A stretch of 64,000 nucleotides of DNA from Ranitomeya imitator. Its lineage: Eukaryota. The notes beneath the pieces are model-generated. The model was not told where the DNA came from. It did not search any database and saw only the letters and a program-made list of their open reading frames with translations. This document shows, in pieces, positions 24,565-36,427 of this stretch; within the stretch, counting starts at the first letter, position 1; every line of letters starts with the position of its first letter. The stretch is taken from contig NC_091283.1 in the NCBI RefSeq assembly GCF_032444005.1, positions 24,800,001-24,864,000 on the forward strand, read 5' to 3'. Both the position numbers and the translations under genes were made by a program.

Positions 24565-25322
24565 CTGCCGTATACCGGGAACACCCCACAAGACCTGCCG
24601 TATACAGAGAAAACCCCACAAGACCTGCCGTATACCGGGAACACCGCTCAAGACCTGCCGTATACCGGGAACACCCCACAAGACCTGCCGTATACAGAGA
24701 AAACCCCACAAGACCTGCAGTATACAGAGAAAACCCCACAAGACCTGCCATATACTGGGAACACCGCTCAAGACCTGCCGTATACCGGGAACACCCCACA
24801 AGACCTGCCGTATACAGAGAAAACCCCACAAGACCTGCCGTGTACCGGGAACATTCCACAAGACCTGCCGTATACCGGGGACACCCCACAAGACCTGCCG
24901 TATACAGAGAAAACCCCACAAGACCTGCCGTGTACCGGGAACATTCCACAAGACCTGCCGTATACCGGGGACACCCCACAAGACCTGCCGTATACAGAGA
25001 AAACCCCACAAGACCTGCCGTGTACCGGGAACACCCCACAAGACCTGCCGTATACAGAGAAAACCCCACAAGACCTGCCGTGTACCGGGAACACCCCACA
25101 AGACCTGCCGTATACAGAGAAAACCCCACAAGACCTGCCGTGTACCGGGAACATTCCACAAGACCTGCCGTATACCGGGGACACCCCACAAGACCTGCCG
25201 TATACAGAGAAAACCCCACAAGACCCACCGTATACCGGGAACACCCCACAAGATCTGCCGTATACCGGGAACACCCCACAACCCCCGCCACCTCTGCTCC
25301 CCCCAAGTCCTGCTGCACCTAC

Positions 25323-25440
25323 CTGAGCCCATAGGTAGAAACTGGTTCCTGGTGGAGTTAAGGACCTGTGATGATGATGTGATCATGTGACCTGACTTGT
25401 GGGAGGAGTCAGGCTGTGAGGATTGAGGAGTCATGTGACA
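25323..25440 (-). promoter_or_regulatory. Candidate first exon/promoter of the 8-finger ZNF
   Basis: Donor CAG|GTAGGT at 25323, ATG GGC TCA G just upstream, two TCATGTGAC motifs, similarity to the KRAB-ZNF region at about 47840-47930. Confidence 0.4.
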
Positions 25441-25689
25441 TGTGCAGCAGAGCTCCTCCTCCTCTGCAGATACAACGCTCCGCTCTTCTGAGAAGGATTT
25501 CTGCTCCCCCCGCTCTGTAACATTACGGGGTCTCCACTCTGTGCCTGAGTTTTCTTCCACTTTTCAATAATATCACTCACAGGTGATGCTGGTATCAGTG
25601 ACCTCTGCATCATCGGGCTCAGGACTCCTCCATGTCTGACATTAGTGTCCTCAGCCACATAGTGCAATCACTGATCGTACAGTGTGATA

Positions 25690-27205
25690 CTGAGCTGTGC
25701 ATCTAATCCTCTCCTGTGTGATACTGACTGCTGAGCCGTGTATCTAATCCTCTCGTGTGATACTGTCTGCTGAGCCGTGTATCTAATCCTATCCTGTGTG
25801 ATACTGATTGCTGTGTATCTAATCCTATCCTGTGATACTGACTGCTGAGCTGTGTATCTAATCCTATCCTGTGTGATACTGTCTGCTGAGCTGTGTATCT
25901 AATCCTATCCTGTGTGATACTGATTGCTGAGCCATGTATCTAATCCTCTCCTGTGTGATACTGTCTGCTGAGCTGTGTATCTAATCATCTCCTGTGTGAT
26001 GCTGACTGCTGAGCCGTGTATCTAATCCTCTCCTGTATGACACTGTCTGCTGAGCTGTGTATCTAATCCTATCCTGTGTGATACTGTCTGCTGAGCCGTG
26101 TATCTAATCCTCTCCTGTGTGATACTGTCTGCTGAGCTGTGTATCTAATCCTATCCTGTGTGATACTGACTGCTGAGCTGTGTATCTAATCCTCTCCTGT
26201 GTGATACTGATTGCTGTGTATATAATCCTATCCTGTGATACTGACTGCTGAGCTGTGTATCTAATCCTATCCTGTGTGATACTGATTGCTGTGTATATAA
26301 TCCTATCCTGTGATACTATCTGCTGAGCTCTGTATCTAATCCTGTCCTGTATGACACTGTCTGCTGAGCCGTGTATCTAATCCTCTCCTGTGTGATACTG
26401 TCTGCTGAGCCGTGTATCTAATCCTCTCGTGTGATACTGTCTGCTGAGCCGTGTATCTAATCCTCTCCTGTGTGATACTGACTGCTGAGCTGTGTATCTA
26501 ATCCTCTCCTGTGTGAGTCTGCTGAGCTGTGTATCTAATCCTATCCTGTGTGATACTGTCTGCTGAGCCGTGTATCTAATCCTCTCCTGTGTGATACAGT
26601 CTGCTGAGCCGTGTATCTAATCCTCTCCTGTGTGATACTGTCTGCTGAGCTGTGTATCTAATCCTATCCTGTGTGATACTGTCTGCTGAGCTGTGTATCT
26701 AATCCTATCCTGTGTGATACTGATTGCTGTGTATCTAATCCTATCCTGTGATACTGACTGCTGAGCTGTGTATCTAATCCTATCCTGTGATACTGACTGC
26801 TGAGCTGTGTATCTAATCCTATTCTGTGTGATACTGACTGCTGATCCGTGTATCTAATCCTATACTGTGTGATACTGACTGCTGAGCCGTGTATCTAATC
26901 CTATCCTGTGTGATACTGCCTACTGATCCGTGTATCTAATCCTATCCTGTGTGATACTGACTGCTGAGCTGTGTATCTAATGCCATCCTGTGTGATACTG
27001 ACTGCTGAGCCGTGTATCTAATCCTATCCTGTGTGATACTGTCTGCTGAGCTGTGTATCTAATCCCATCCTGTGATACTGACTGCTGAGCTGTGTATCTA
27101 ATCCCATCCTGTGTGATACTGACTGCTGAGCTGTGTATCTAATCCTATCTTGTGATACTATCTGCTGAGCTGTGTATCTAATCCTATCTTGTGATACTAT
27201 CTGCT
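25690..27205. repeat. 41-bp minisatellite (GTGTATCTAATCCTCTCCTGTGTGATACTGTCTGCTGAGCC), about 37 copies
   Basis: Direct reading of tandem units. Confidence 0.95.
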
Positions 27206-27526
27206 GACCAGTAAATCTCAGACAGACGAGAATATTTCTGCCACTCGGGAATCTGACAAATTTCAGGGATAGAAGAAATCCGGCTTCTGCTGAGAAGACG
27301 GAGGAAAGACGGACAGCAAAGATGGCGAAGATAAAAACTATTTATTGTTACATATAATTTACATATTTCAAATATTAAAGTTGTGAGATATTTATCCTGA
27401 GGAGCGATCATCAGTGTCAGGTCATTTGGGGTCACCCCCTTTATCAGCTGTTTGCACCTCCTGCGGCCCCCTGAACAGAATGTACAGCTCAGTACGCCGT
27501 GTAGTGGACGTTCCTGGTACTGCAGC

Positions 27527-30500
27527 TTAGATTATGATTTATATAGCACCATTAATTCCATGGTGCTGTACATGAGAAAGGGGTTACATACAAAGTTATA
27601 GATATCGTTTACAGTGAACAAATTTACGATGACAGACTGGCAGAGGGGAGAGGACCCTGTCCTTGCGGACTTACATTCTACGGGATAATGGGGAAGAGAC
27701 AGAAGGTGGGGGGTGCAGAAGCTCTGGTGGTGGTGAGGCGGCAGCTCGGGTCGTTGGTGAGGCGGCAGCTCGGGTGGTGGTGAGGCGGCAGCTCGGGTGG
27801 TGATGAGGCGGCAGCTCGGGTGGTGGTGAGGTGGCAGCTCGGGTGGTGGTGAGGCGGCAGCTCTGGTGGTGGTCAGACGGCAGCTCGGGTGGTGGTGAGG
27901 CGGCAGCTCGGGTGGTTGGTGAGGCGGCAGCTCAGGTGGTGGTGAGGCAGCAGCTCGGGTGGTGGTGAGGCGGCAGCTCGGGTGGTGGTGAGGCGGCAGC
28001 TCGGGTGGTGGTGAGGCGGCAGCTCAGGTGGTTGGTGAGGCGGCAGCTCGGGTGGTGGTGAGGTGGCAGAATGGTTATTGCAGGCTGTAGGCTTTCCTGA
28101 AGAGATGGGTTTTCAGGTTCCGTCTGAAGGATCCGAGGGTGGTGGATAGTCGGACGTGTTGAGGCGTGGAGTTCCAGAGAATGGGGGATATTTGGGAGAA
28201 GTCTTGGAGGCGGTTGTGTGAGGAATGAGTAAGTGTGGAGTAGAGTAGGAGGTCTTGGAAGGATCGAAGATTATGTGAGGGAAGATATTGGGAGATTAGT
28301 TCAGAGCTATAGGGAGGGGACAGATTGTGGATGGCTTTGTAGATCAGTGTTAATAGTTTGAACTGGATTTGTTGGGGAATTGCGAGCCAGTGAAAAGATT
28401 TGCAGAGGGCAGAAACAGGGGAGTACAGAGGTGGATTAGCCGGGCCGCAGAGCTGAGGGCAGACTGGAGTGGTGCAAGAGAGTTAGCGGGGAGGCCACAG
28501 AGGAGGGTGTTGCAGTAGTCGAGGCGGGTGATGATGAGGGCATGGACAAGAGTTTTAGTAGATTGAGGGCTGAGGAAGGGAAGGATTCTGGAAATATTTT
28601 TGAGTTGGAGGCAACAGGAGGTGGCGAGAGTTTGAACGTGCGTTTTGAAGGACAGAGCAGAGTCGAGTTACCCCGAGGCAGCGGATTTTAGGTGCGGGAG
28701 AGAGCGTGATGCCGTTTACCATAATAGATAGGTCAGGTAGGGGAGATATGCGAGATGGGGGAAAGAAGATGATTTTCGTTTTGTCTACATTGAGTTTTAG
28801 GAAGCGAGAGATGAAGAAGGAGGATATGGCTGCTAGACACTCCGGGATTCTGGACAGCAGAGAGGTGACATCTGGGCCAGAGAGGTAGATCTGAGTGTCA
28901 TCCGCATACAGGTGGTACTGGAAGCCAAGGGACTTTATGAGTTGTCCTAGGCCAAGGGTATAGATGGAAAAGAGTAGGGGCCTCAGGACAGAGCCTTGAG
29001 GGACTCCAACAGAGAGAGGGTGGGATGAGAAGGTGGTGTGGGAGTGGGAAACGCTAAATGTGAGGTCGGAAAGGTATGAGGCGATCTAGGACAGGGCAAG
29101 GTCTTTGATACCAAGGGAAGAAAGAATCTGTAGCAGTAGGCAGTGATCGACTGTCAAAGGCAGAGGACAGGTCAAGAAGGAGGAGGATGGAGAACTGTCT
29201 GTTAGCTTTGGCTGTAAGTCATTAGTAATTTTGGTCAGAGCAGTTTCGATGGAGTGGTGGGGGCGGAAGCCAGATTGCCAAGGAGAGAGTTAGATGAGAG
29301 GTGGGAGGAAAGTTGAGCCTGGACATGCTGCTCAAGGAGTTTGGAAGCAAACGGGAGCAGTGATATGGGGCGGTAGCTGGGCATAGCAGATGGGCCAAGG
29401 TTAGTTTTTTGAGGATGGGTGTAATGGTGGCATGCTTGAAGGTAGAGGGGAAGGTACCAGAAGATAGTGATAGGTTGAAGAGATGGGTTAGGGCTGGAAT
29501 GAGCGTGTTAGTGGGGTTGGGGAGCAGATGGGAAGGGCTAGGGTCAAGTGCACAGGTGGTGAGGTGTGATTTGGAAAGGAGGCGAGTAAGCTCTCAGTCA
29601 GTGATGTTGGAGGGAGGTTATTAGGGAAGGGCAGAGGTCTGGTATATGGAGTGGTTGGGATGGTGGAGCAGTAAAGGTTTGCCTCGTATAGTCAATCTTA
29701 TTTGTGAAGTAGGTGGCAAAGTCCTCGGCAGAGATGAGGGGAGTTGGAGGTGGCAGTGGTGGGCGGCGGAGAGTTGAATGTGCTGAACAGTTGGTTTTGG
29801 GCTGTAGGATAATGAAGATACAAAGTTTGTGAAATAGGTCTGTTTAGCGGAGGTGAGGGCTAATTTAAAGGCAAGTGTAGCTTGTTTGAGAGCAGTGAAG
29901 TCGTCTGGCAGGCGTGTTTTCTTCCAATGCTGCTCCACGACCCTGGATGCTTGTCGAAGTTTTTGGTGAAATTGTTGTGCCTGGGTTGAATATTTGTCGT
30001 ACTTTGCCATGCATGAAAGGGGCGACTGAGTCTATGGCTGATGTGAGGGTGGAGTTATAGAACGCGGTGGCACTGTCTGTGTCTTGAAGATATGGAGGAC
30101 AGGGGTAGGAGAGAGTCTGAGAGTGTCTAGGTGTGCGAGGTTTCTGCGAGGATGTGGTAATGGCTGGACATGGGGGGCAGGTGAGGAGGACAAGGATGAG
30201 AAGCTGAGTAGATGGTGGTCAGATAGGGGGAAGGGAGAGGTTGTGAGATTAGATAAGGAGCAGAGGCGGGTGAAGATGAGGTCTAGCGTATGTCCGTCTG
30301 TGTGGGTGGCTGTGGAGGACCACTGAGTAAGTCCAAAGGATGAGGTAAGGGACAGGAATTAGGAGGCTGCTGGCTGGCGGGTGTCAGTAGGGATATTAAA
30401 GTCACCCATGATGATGGTGGGGATGTCAGCAGAGAGAAAGTGAAGAAGCCAAGTGGAGAATTGGTCGATGAAGGCAGTGGCTGAGCCCGGTGGTCAGTAT

Positions 30501-31283
30501 ATGACAGCCATTTGGAGTTAAGAGGGAGAGTAAATACGGACAGAGTGAATCTCGAAAGAAGGGAGGATAAGGGAGGGTGGGGGTTGGATAGGGTTGAAGG
30601 AAGTTTTTGGAAAGAAGGAAACCCACTCCTCCGCCATGTCTGTTGCCAGAGCAAGGAGTGTGGGTAAATTGGAGGCCACCGTAGCTCAGTGCTGCAGGCG
30701 AGGCCGTGTCAGGGGACGTCAGCCAGGTCTCGGTGAGGGCCAGGAAGGAAAGGTTATGGGAAGTAAAGAGATCGTGGATCACGAGGAGCTTGTTGCAGGC
30801 GGGCATTCCAAAGTGCCCCAGAGAGAGGAAGCGGGGGGGGGGGGGGGGGGAGAGGGGGGTTCAGCGCCACAGATTTTAAGTGTGAGGGATTGCAGTAGTT
30901 TCTCTTAGTGTAAGAAGGATAGGTGTGAGGATTAGTGGTATGTATGAGGCGGAGGGGGCCAGGATTGGGGGGTATGTTGCCAGCAGTGAGAAGGTGCAGA
31001 GAAAGGGAAAGCAGGTGGGTGAAGGAGAGTGATCGGCTTATATTATATTTTAGTTGGAGAGGTCTGAGGTTAAGGAGGTCTGCAGATTAAGCAAGGGGGG
31101 GGGGGGGAGTAAGAGAGAGGGGGAGATAGTTATTTGGTTCAAGGGTGCAGGGGTTTGGGGATAGTGTAGGAGGGTGAGGATTAGTGAAGCAAAAATGGTA
31201 AGGGCAAATGTGAGCATAGTTAAAGAGCAGGGTAAGAGAAGAAAAGGTAAGAAAACTTAGAAGATAGTGATTAGTCTTACCGT
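27527..31283 (-). mobile_element. Degenerate near-full-length L2 (same family as 14260-16578), inserted in a palindromic T2-like MITE remnant (about 27380-31590)
   Basis: Reverse-complement similarity to 14260-16578. Endonuclease remnants (GALWNAR, FLALTETW, GGGVG) and AGNIPPNPGP at about 30955-30985. Confidence 0.88.
27725..28070. repeat. 23-bp minisatellite (GAGGCGGCAGCTCGGGTGGTGGT), about 15 copies, inside the L2 3' UTR
   Basis: Tandem units; about 2 units at the equivalent position of the sister copy (16335-16385). Confidence 0.92.
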
Positions 31284-32819
31284 CTGACCGATTTCTGGTC
31301 TATTTCTGATGTTACACTTGAAAGATGTCACACTTCAAATGATGTCACATCTGACCAAAGTCATATCTGACCTGCTCCATTCAACATCATTCACTTCAAT
31401 TGGAACTGTGCTGCAGTACCTGAGAACGGCCACTACCCAGTGTAAGGCGCTGTCCTGTCTCGGTACACTGTGCCCTATGACTACCGGAGCACCTGGAGAC
31501 CGCTGATCATGGTGGTGCCAGGTGTCGGACCCCACTGATTTGATACTGATCACCTATCCAAAGAACAAGTCATAAATATCAAATTGTTGGACACACTATA
31601 AAACTTGCTGCATTGCTGATTGGCGCTTGTTCTCCCTAATTTATCTTAGAGTGTAAACTAAGCTAAGTGCTCTCTTCAGTGGAATTTTATCCAAAATGTG
31701 GCTTAAAAAATGGATTAGCAATTTTGAAAAATTCTGTATTTGTACACAGACGCGGCACCCGCCTATAAATACAATCAGTCCTTCTGGTCTGCGCTCAGGT
31801 ACATCACAATAATCGGAAATAAACTGATTATTCTCTTCCCTCCATCCGCACTTGCACCAATGTAGTGTTACCTTTTTGCATCCTGTTTTTCTCTTCGGAT
31901 GCTTTGAGATGATTTGGTTACACAGCTACAGGCCCTGTGCCTGCGGAGTGACCCCATATGGTTGTTGTGCTCTCCTCTATCAGTAGACGCTGATGACACC
32001 ATATCGATGTGCGACCGCTGTGAATGTGATGGGTCTCCGCTTGTCTCGTCTAAGAGGCCTCACATTTATCATTACAATTAATTGGTGCTAACGGAGTCTC
32101 CAGAAAAAACTCAATGGAAGAAACAGGATAAATGCTTTCCAGAGACCGTGACCAGTGGGGGTCACAGTAATCCGACCCACCTTAGGAAATACAATTAATA
32201 TGGCTGTCCTGATAGAATAAAGGCTAATTCACACGATGGTACAGAGGGTGAATGTTCTCGTCCGTATTAAGTCCACAATTCCTGTCCCATCGACGCGTTT
32301 CATGGCCTCCAGCAACATCATATCTGCTTGAGGCTCTTCATTCAGTTCATCAAAGCTGCGGCCATAATTCAAACACGCACCGTCCTGTAATTTAGAATTT
32401 ATGTTGTACAGTGAAAAACAGATAATAAGAAAGATGCCCCAAACTTGACATATCGGCCCCGGTCGCGACACCTTCACCTCTCCTCTTTGACGTACAAGAG
32501 AAGTTTCCTCCCTTCTATGCGACAAGTGTGAAGCGTCCTTACTACGTTCGATAACTAGCCAGCCCCCTATCCTTTCTCTGTATCAGCCGCGATGGAGAAG
32601 GGGCTGGGTTAGATATTGAAATGGTGCAGTCAGCCAGCCCCCTGTAAGTGCGTCACCGCAGGAATCACTCTACTATGTAAGAAAATCAAGGCAGAAGAGG
32701 AGATTCCGGGTGGCTTTGTAAATTTGTATATTAGTAACTTTCATCTTTTTTCATTCTACACACTTTTTTTTTCTAGCTGGGTATCCCCTTAAATTATTTT
32801 CCTGCAACAACCCCCTTAA

Positions 32820-33005
32820 GGCCGGAGTCACACTACAGCGAGATACGGTCGATTCTTGCAGGTTAAAAACAAGCTCTGGCACCGTCACTCCGGAGCGGCT
32901 CCATGTATTGCTATGCGGCCACACGCTCCGCTCTGGAGTGCCGCTGCCAGAGCTTGGTTTTAACCTGCGAGACTCGGCCGTATCTCGCTGTGTGTGATCC
33001 CGGCC
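32820..33005. mobile_element. Short palindromic Harbinger-like MITE just downstream of the KRAB-ZNF stop
   Basis: GGCCGGAGTCACACT ... TGTGTGATCCCGGCC, flanked by TAA/TTA. Confidence 0.7.
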
Positions 33006-33091
33006 TTATACATAAACTATTAAGCGACTGCTTAGTTGGAAATGACTACAAGAATCGTGGGACACTGCAGTATCTCGCGGAAAATCAATTC

Positions 33092-35547
33092 TTAGAATCT
33101 TGCATCTTCTTCCTCTTTGATTTCCAGCTTTACAGTAATGTGATTAAAATCTTCTTGGTTTTCAGAAATGTCATCTACTGAATTATGAGGCTTTTCAGGT
33201 CGACTTGAGGGTCCACAATCGCCTGTTTCGCCGGCTGCGTGAGTTTTCTGGTGTTTGATGAGAGCAGACCTCCTTGCATAGCTCAGTCCACACACGGTGC
33301 ACATGAACGGCTTTTCTCCTGTATGAAGTCTCACATGTTCGACGAGCGACGATTTCCAGTTGAAGCTCTTGTCGCATTCAGAACAAGAGAATGGTTTCCT
33401 CTCTTTGTGGACAGCCTGATGCTTGATTAGTTTGGAACTGTCTGTGAAGCCTTGGCCACATTCTGAGCAAGTGTATGGCTTCTCCTCCTCGATGTGATCA
33501 CATTTGTGTCTATCTAGAAGAGATTTCTGACTAAAACTTTTCAGACACTGGGGACATGAAAATGACTTCTCCCCAGTATGTATTTTTCTATGGTTTATGA
33601 GAGCAGAGTTGACATTGAAGCATTTTCCACAGTCTGAACAGGAGTATGGTTTCTCCCCAGTGTGGCTGCTAACATGTTTGTCAAGATGCGATTTCTGAGA
33701 GAAGGCCTTTCCACACTCAGAACATGAAAACTGATTGACGTCCTTGTGAACTTTCTCGTGCTCAGTAAGGCTTGAGTATTGAGTAAAGGTTTTGCCACAC
33801 TCAGAACAGATATATGGCTTTTCGTCATCATGTAGGACCAGGTGCCGCTCCATATGGGCTTTCGTTAGAAAGCACTTCTCACAATGAAGGCATGAAAATT
33901 GCTTCTCTCCTGAGTGAGTTTTAACATGCTGCTTGAGACTGGATTTACTACAAAAGCATTTTTCACACTCCGGACAGGAGAACGTCTTCCTTCCCGTGTG
34001 GATTATGAGATGCCTGGTAAGATCTGACTTGGTGAAGAAATTTTTAGTACACTCTCGGCATGAAAATTGCTTCACTTTGTTGTGAACTCTCTCATGTTTC
34101 ACAACTTGACATTTCTGGCTAAAGCGCTTCTGACAGATAGGACATTCAAATGGTTTTTCTCCGGTGTGGATCCTCAAGTGTTTGATCAGGGCAGATTTCT
34201 GAGCAAAACGTTTGTCGCATTCAGAGCAGGCATGTGATTTCACTCCTGTATGAACATGCTGGTGATTGCCAAGGTTTGACATGCTGCTAAAACGCTTCCC
34301 ACAAATGGAGCAGGAATATGGCTTCTCCCCTGAGTGAGATCTTAGATGCTTCAGGAGTTCGGACTGGTAAGTAAAGACTTTCTCACAATCTTTATAAGGG
34401 CAGGTCTTCTTATTGTGGACCTTTTGGTGCTGGGTCAGCGCCAACTCTCTCGTAAAGCACTTTCCGCACTCGGCACAAGAAAAGCGAGCGTCTTCACAGT
34501 GCACCACCTGGTGCCGTATCAGATGCCTTTTGCGGCTAAACCTCTTATTGCAGCCTGAGCACGCATATGGCTTCTCTCCTGTGTGTGTCCTTTGATGCTG
34601 CTCCAGGTTAGATCGTTTATAGAAAGATTTATCACATTCAGAGCAAGAAAAAAGTTTGTCGATTGAGTGAACTCGCTGGTGCTCCACCAGAGAAGACTTC
34701 CAACGAAAAGTTTTTGTGCATTGCGAGCAAGAAAATGGCTTCTCACCAGTGTGAATCCTCACGTGTTCCAAAAGGGACGACTTCCACCGAAACCGCCTTT
34801 GGCATTCGGAACATGAAAACGGCTTATTACTAGAGTGCACCAGTTTATGTTTCGCGTGGTCGGCAGCGGATGAAGAACGAACACCACATTCCCAACAAAA
34901 GAAGAACTTCTCTGCAGAATGGGTTATTTTATGCTTCTCCAGATGTGACTTCTGCCTGAAACACCTCCCGCACATAGAACAGGTGTACGGCTTCTCACCC
35001 GTATGGATCCGCAAGTGTTTAACAAGGCCTGAACTTATGCTGAAGCTTTTGCCACATACGGTGCAAACATACGGTTTCTGCCCCCCATGGATTTTCTCAT
35101 GTATGATAAGATCGGACTTCTGCATGAAAAGCTTTCCACATTCCAAGCAAGAAAACGCTGTCTCTCCTTTGTGGATCCGACTGTGCAAGAAAAACGTTGA
35201 GTACTGTGTGAAACATTTTCCACATTCTGGACATATCAGCGGTTTTCGGTCAGAGTGAGTGACCTGATGCCTCACAAGATGCGATTTTGTGCTGTAACTC
35301 TTTCGACATTCATGGCAAAAGTATGGCTTCACAACGGCGAGGGATTTCTGGGGTTTTTTAAGAGCAAGCTTATTAGGGAAGGGCTTTTTGAGTTCAAAGA
35401 AGGGAAAAGATTGATTCCGCTTTTCTGTTTCAACAGGTTCGGCAGGTAGCAATAACTTGTCCTTATCTTCAGGATTTTCCCTTGTTGCTGGAGGAGTTGC
35501 TGAGGCTGCAGACAGGATACAGGGAGCCGGCTGCAATACATCTTCAT
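33092..35547 (-). CDS. KRAB zinc-finger gene, terminal exon with 25 C2H2 fingers
   Basis: Acceptor TTTTCAG|ATGAAG at 35547 (phase 1). Open frame to the stop at 33092. 25 fingers counted. Confidence 0.95.
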
Positions 35548-35798
35548 CTGAAAAAAATAGGGAAAAAATTATTTCTGTGCACAGAAACACTATGCAATGT
35601 TCATCGAAAAATGGAAAAAAAATTAAATTTTCTAATTTTGGAGCCGCTTCCAAACGCCCTTTTTAATGGGAACATCTGCAAGAAATTACAGACAACATGA
35701 AAAAAGAAAGCGCAAAATAAAGCACTCTCCGGTCAAGAGACGTTTCCATGTGACATTTACTCTACTGTCACTTTGTAACCAAAGATGATGAACCTTAC

Positions 35799-35900
35799 CT
35801 GGGCGACTCTGCGCTATCGTGTGCGGCCATCGCTCTGGGACCCAGGGCTCCTCCATGTTTTCGATCTTTGCTATAATCTCGGGTTTTACAGTGACGTCAC
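35799..35900 (-). CDS. KRAB-B box exon
   Basis: 102-nt phase 1-1 exon GDVTVKPEIIAKIENMEEPWVPERWPHTIAQSRP with AG acceptor and GTAAG donor. Confidence 0.88.
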
Positions 35901-36249
35901 CTTGGTGATAGAAGACACAGAAGTGAATCTTTCCATCAGATGTGATGGTCGAGGAAGATCTCAGAAATCGATCTCGATTCTCTGCATTTCTTATAAATTG
36001 CTACTTACAGGGGTCGTCCCACTAGAATCTCCCCTGTCCATGTGTGTTAGGCTCATTGACCTAATTGTCTGGATTCCCCGCCCGGGACCCTTCCACCTGC
36101 ACCTTGCCTTATAGAGGAGAATATGCACCACACATGATCTGAAGCTGCAGCCGGATCCATGTGCCGCCATACAGGCTCCTGCGTGGTTATAGCGCGCCGA
36201 AGGGCCAAAATGAAACCCCAAAGACCTACAAGATGAGAGGACGACCTAC

Positions 36250-36373
36250 CAACAGAGACGAGACATCGGAAGTTTTCCATCATCACTTCCTTATATATTT
36301 CTTTCTCTGTCAGCTGCAGACATCGCCACTCCTCCTGCGAGAAATACACCGCTACTTCATCAAAGGTCGGCAT
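36250..36373 (-). CDS. KRAB-A box exon
   Basis: MPTFDEVAVYFSQEEWRCLQLTEKEIYKEVMMENFRCLVSV; polypyrimidine-CAG acceptor, phase-1 donor GTAGGT. Confidence 0.93.
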
Positions 36374-36427
36374 CTGCGGGAGGAAGAGGAACAAAGCTGA
36401 TGTTTGTATATAATGTGTGTGTACATA

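Larger units (their letters stand above)
19790..25280. repeat. 30-bp minisatellite (CCCCACAAGACCTGCCGTATACAGAGAAAA and variants), split into 19790-20434 and 24565-25280 by an L2
   Basis: The same unit and phase resume on both sides of the L2. Confidence 0.93.

Noticed and set aside
19606-25560. Repetitive ORFs (232-359 aa) in the 30-bp array
   Set aside because: Minisatellite artifacts, open in most frames.
31990-32016. CTGATGA followed by a CAC/GTG hairpin as a hammerhead
   Set aside because: It is followed by CGACC, not GAAA, and has no helix III or cleavage triplet.
32229-32525. 98-aa ORF as a gene
   Set aside because: No recognisable family or supported exon structure.
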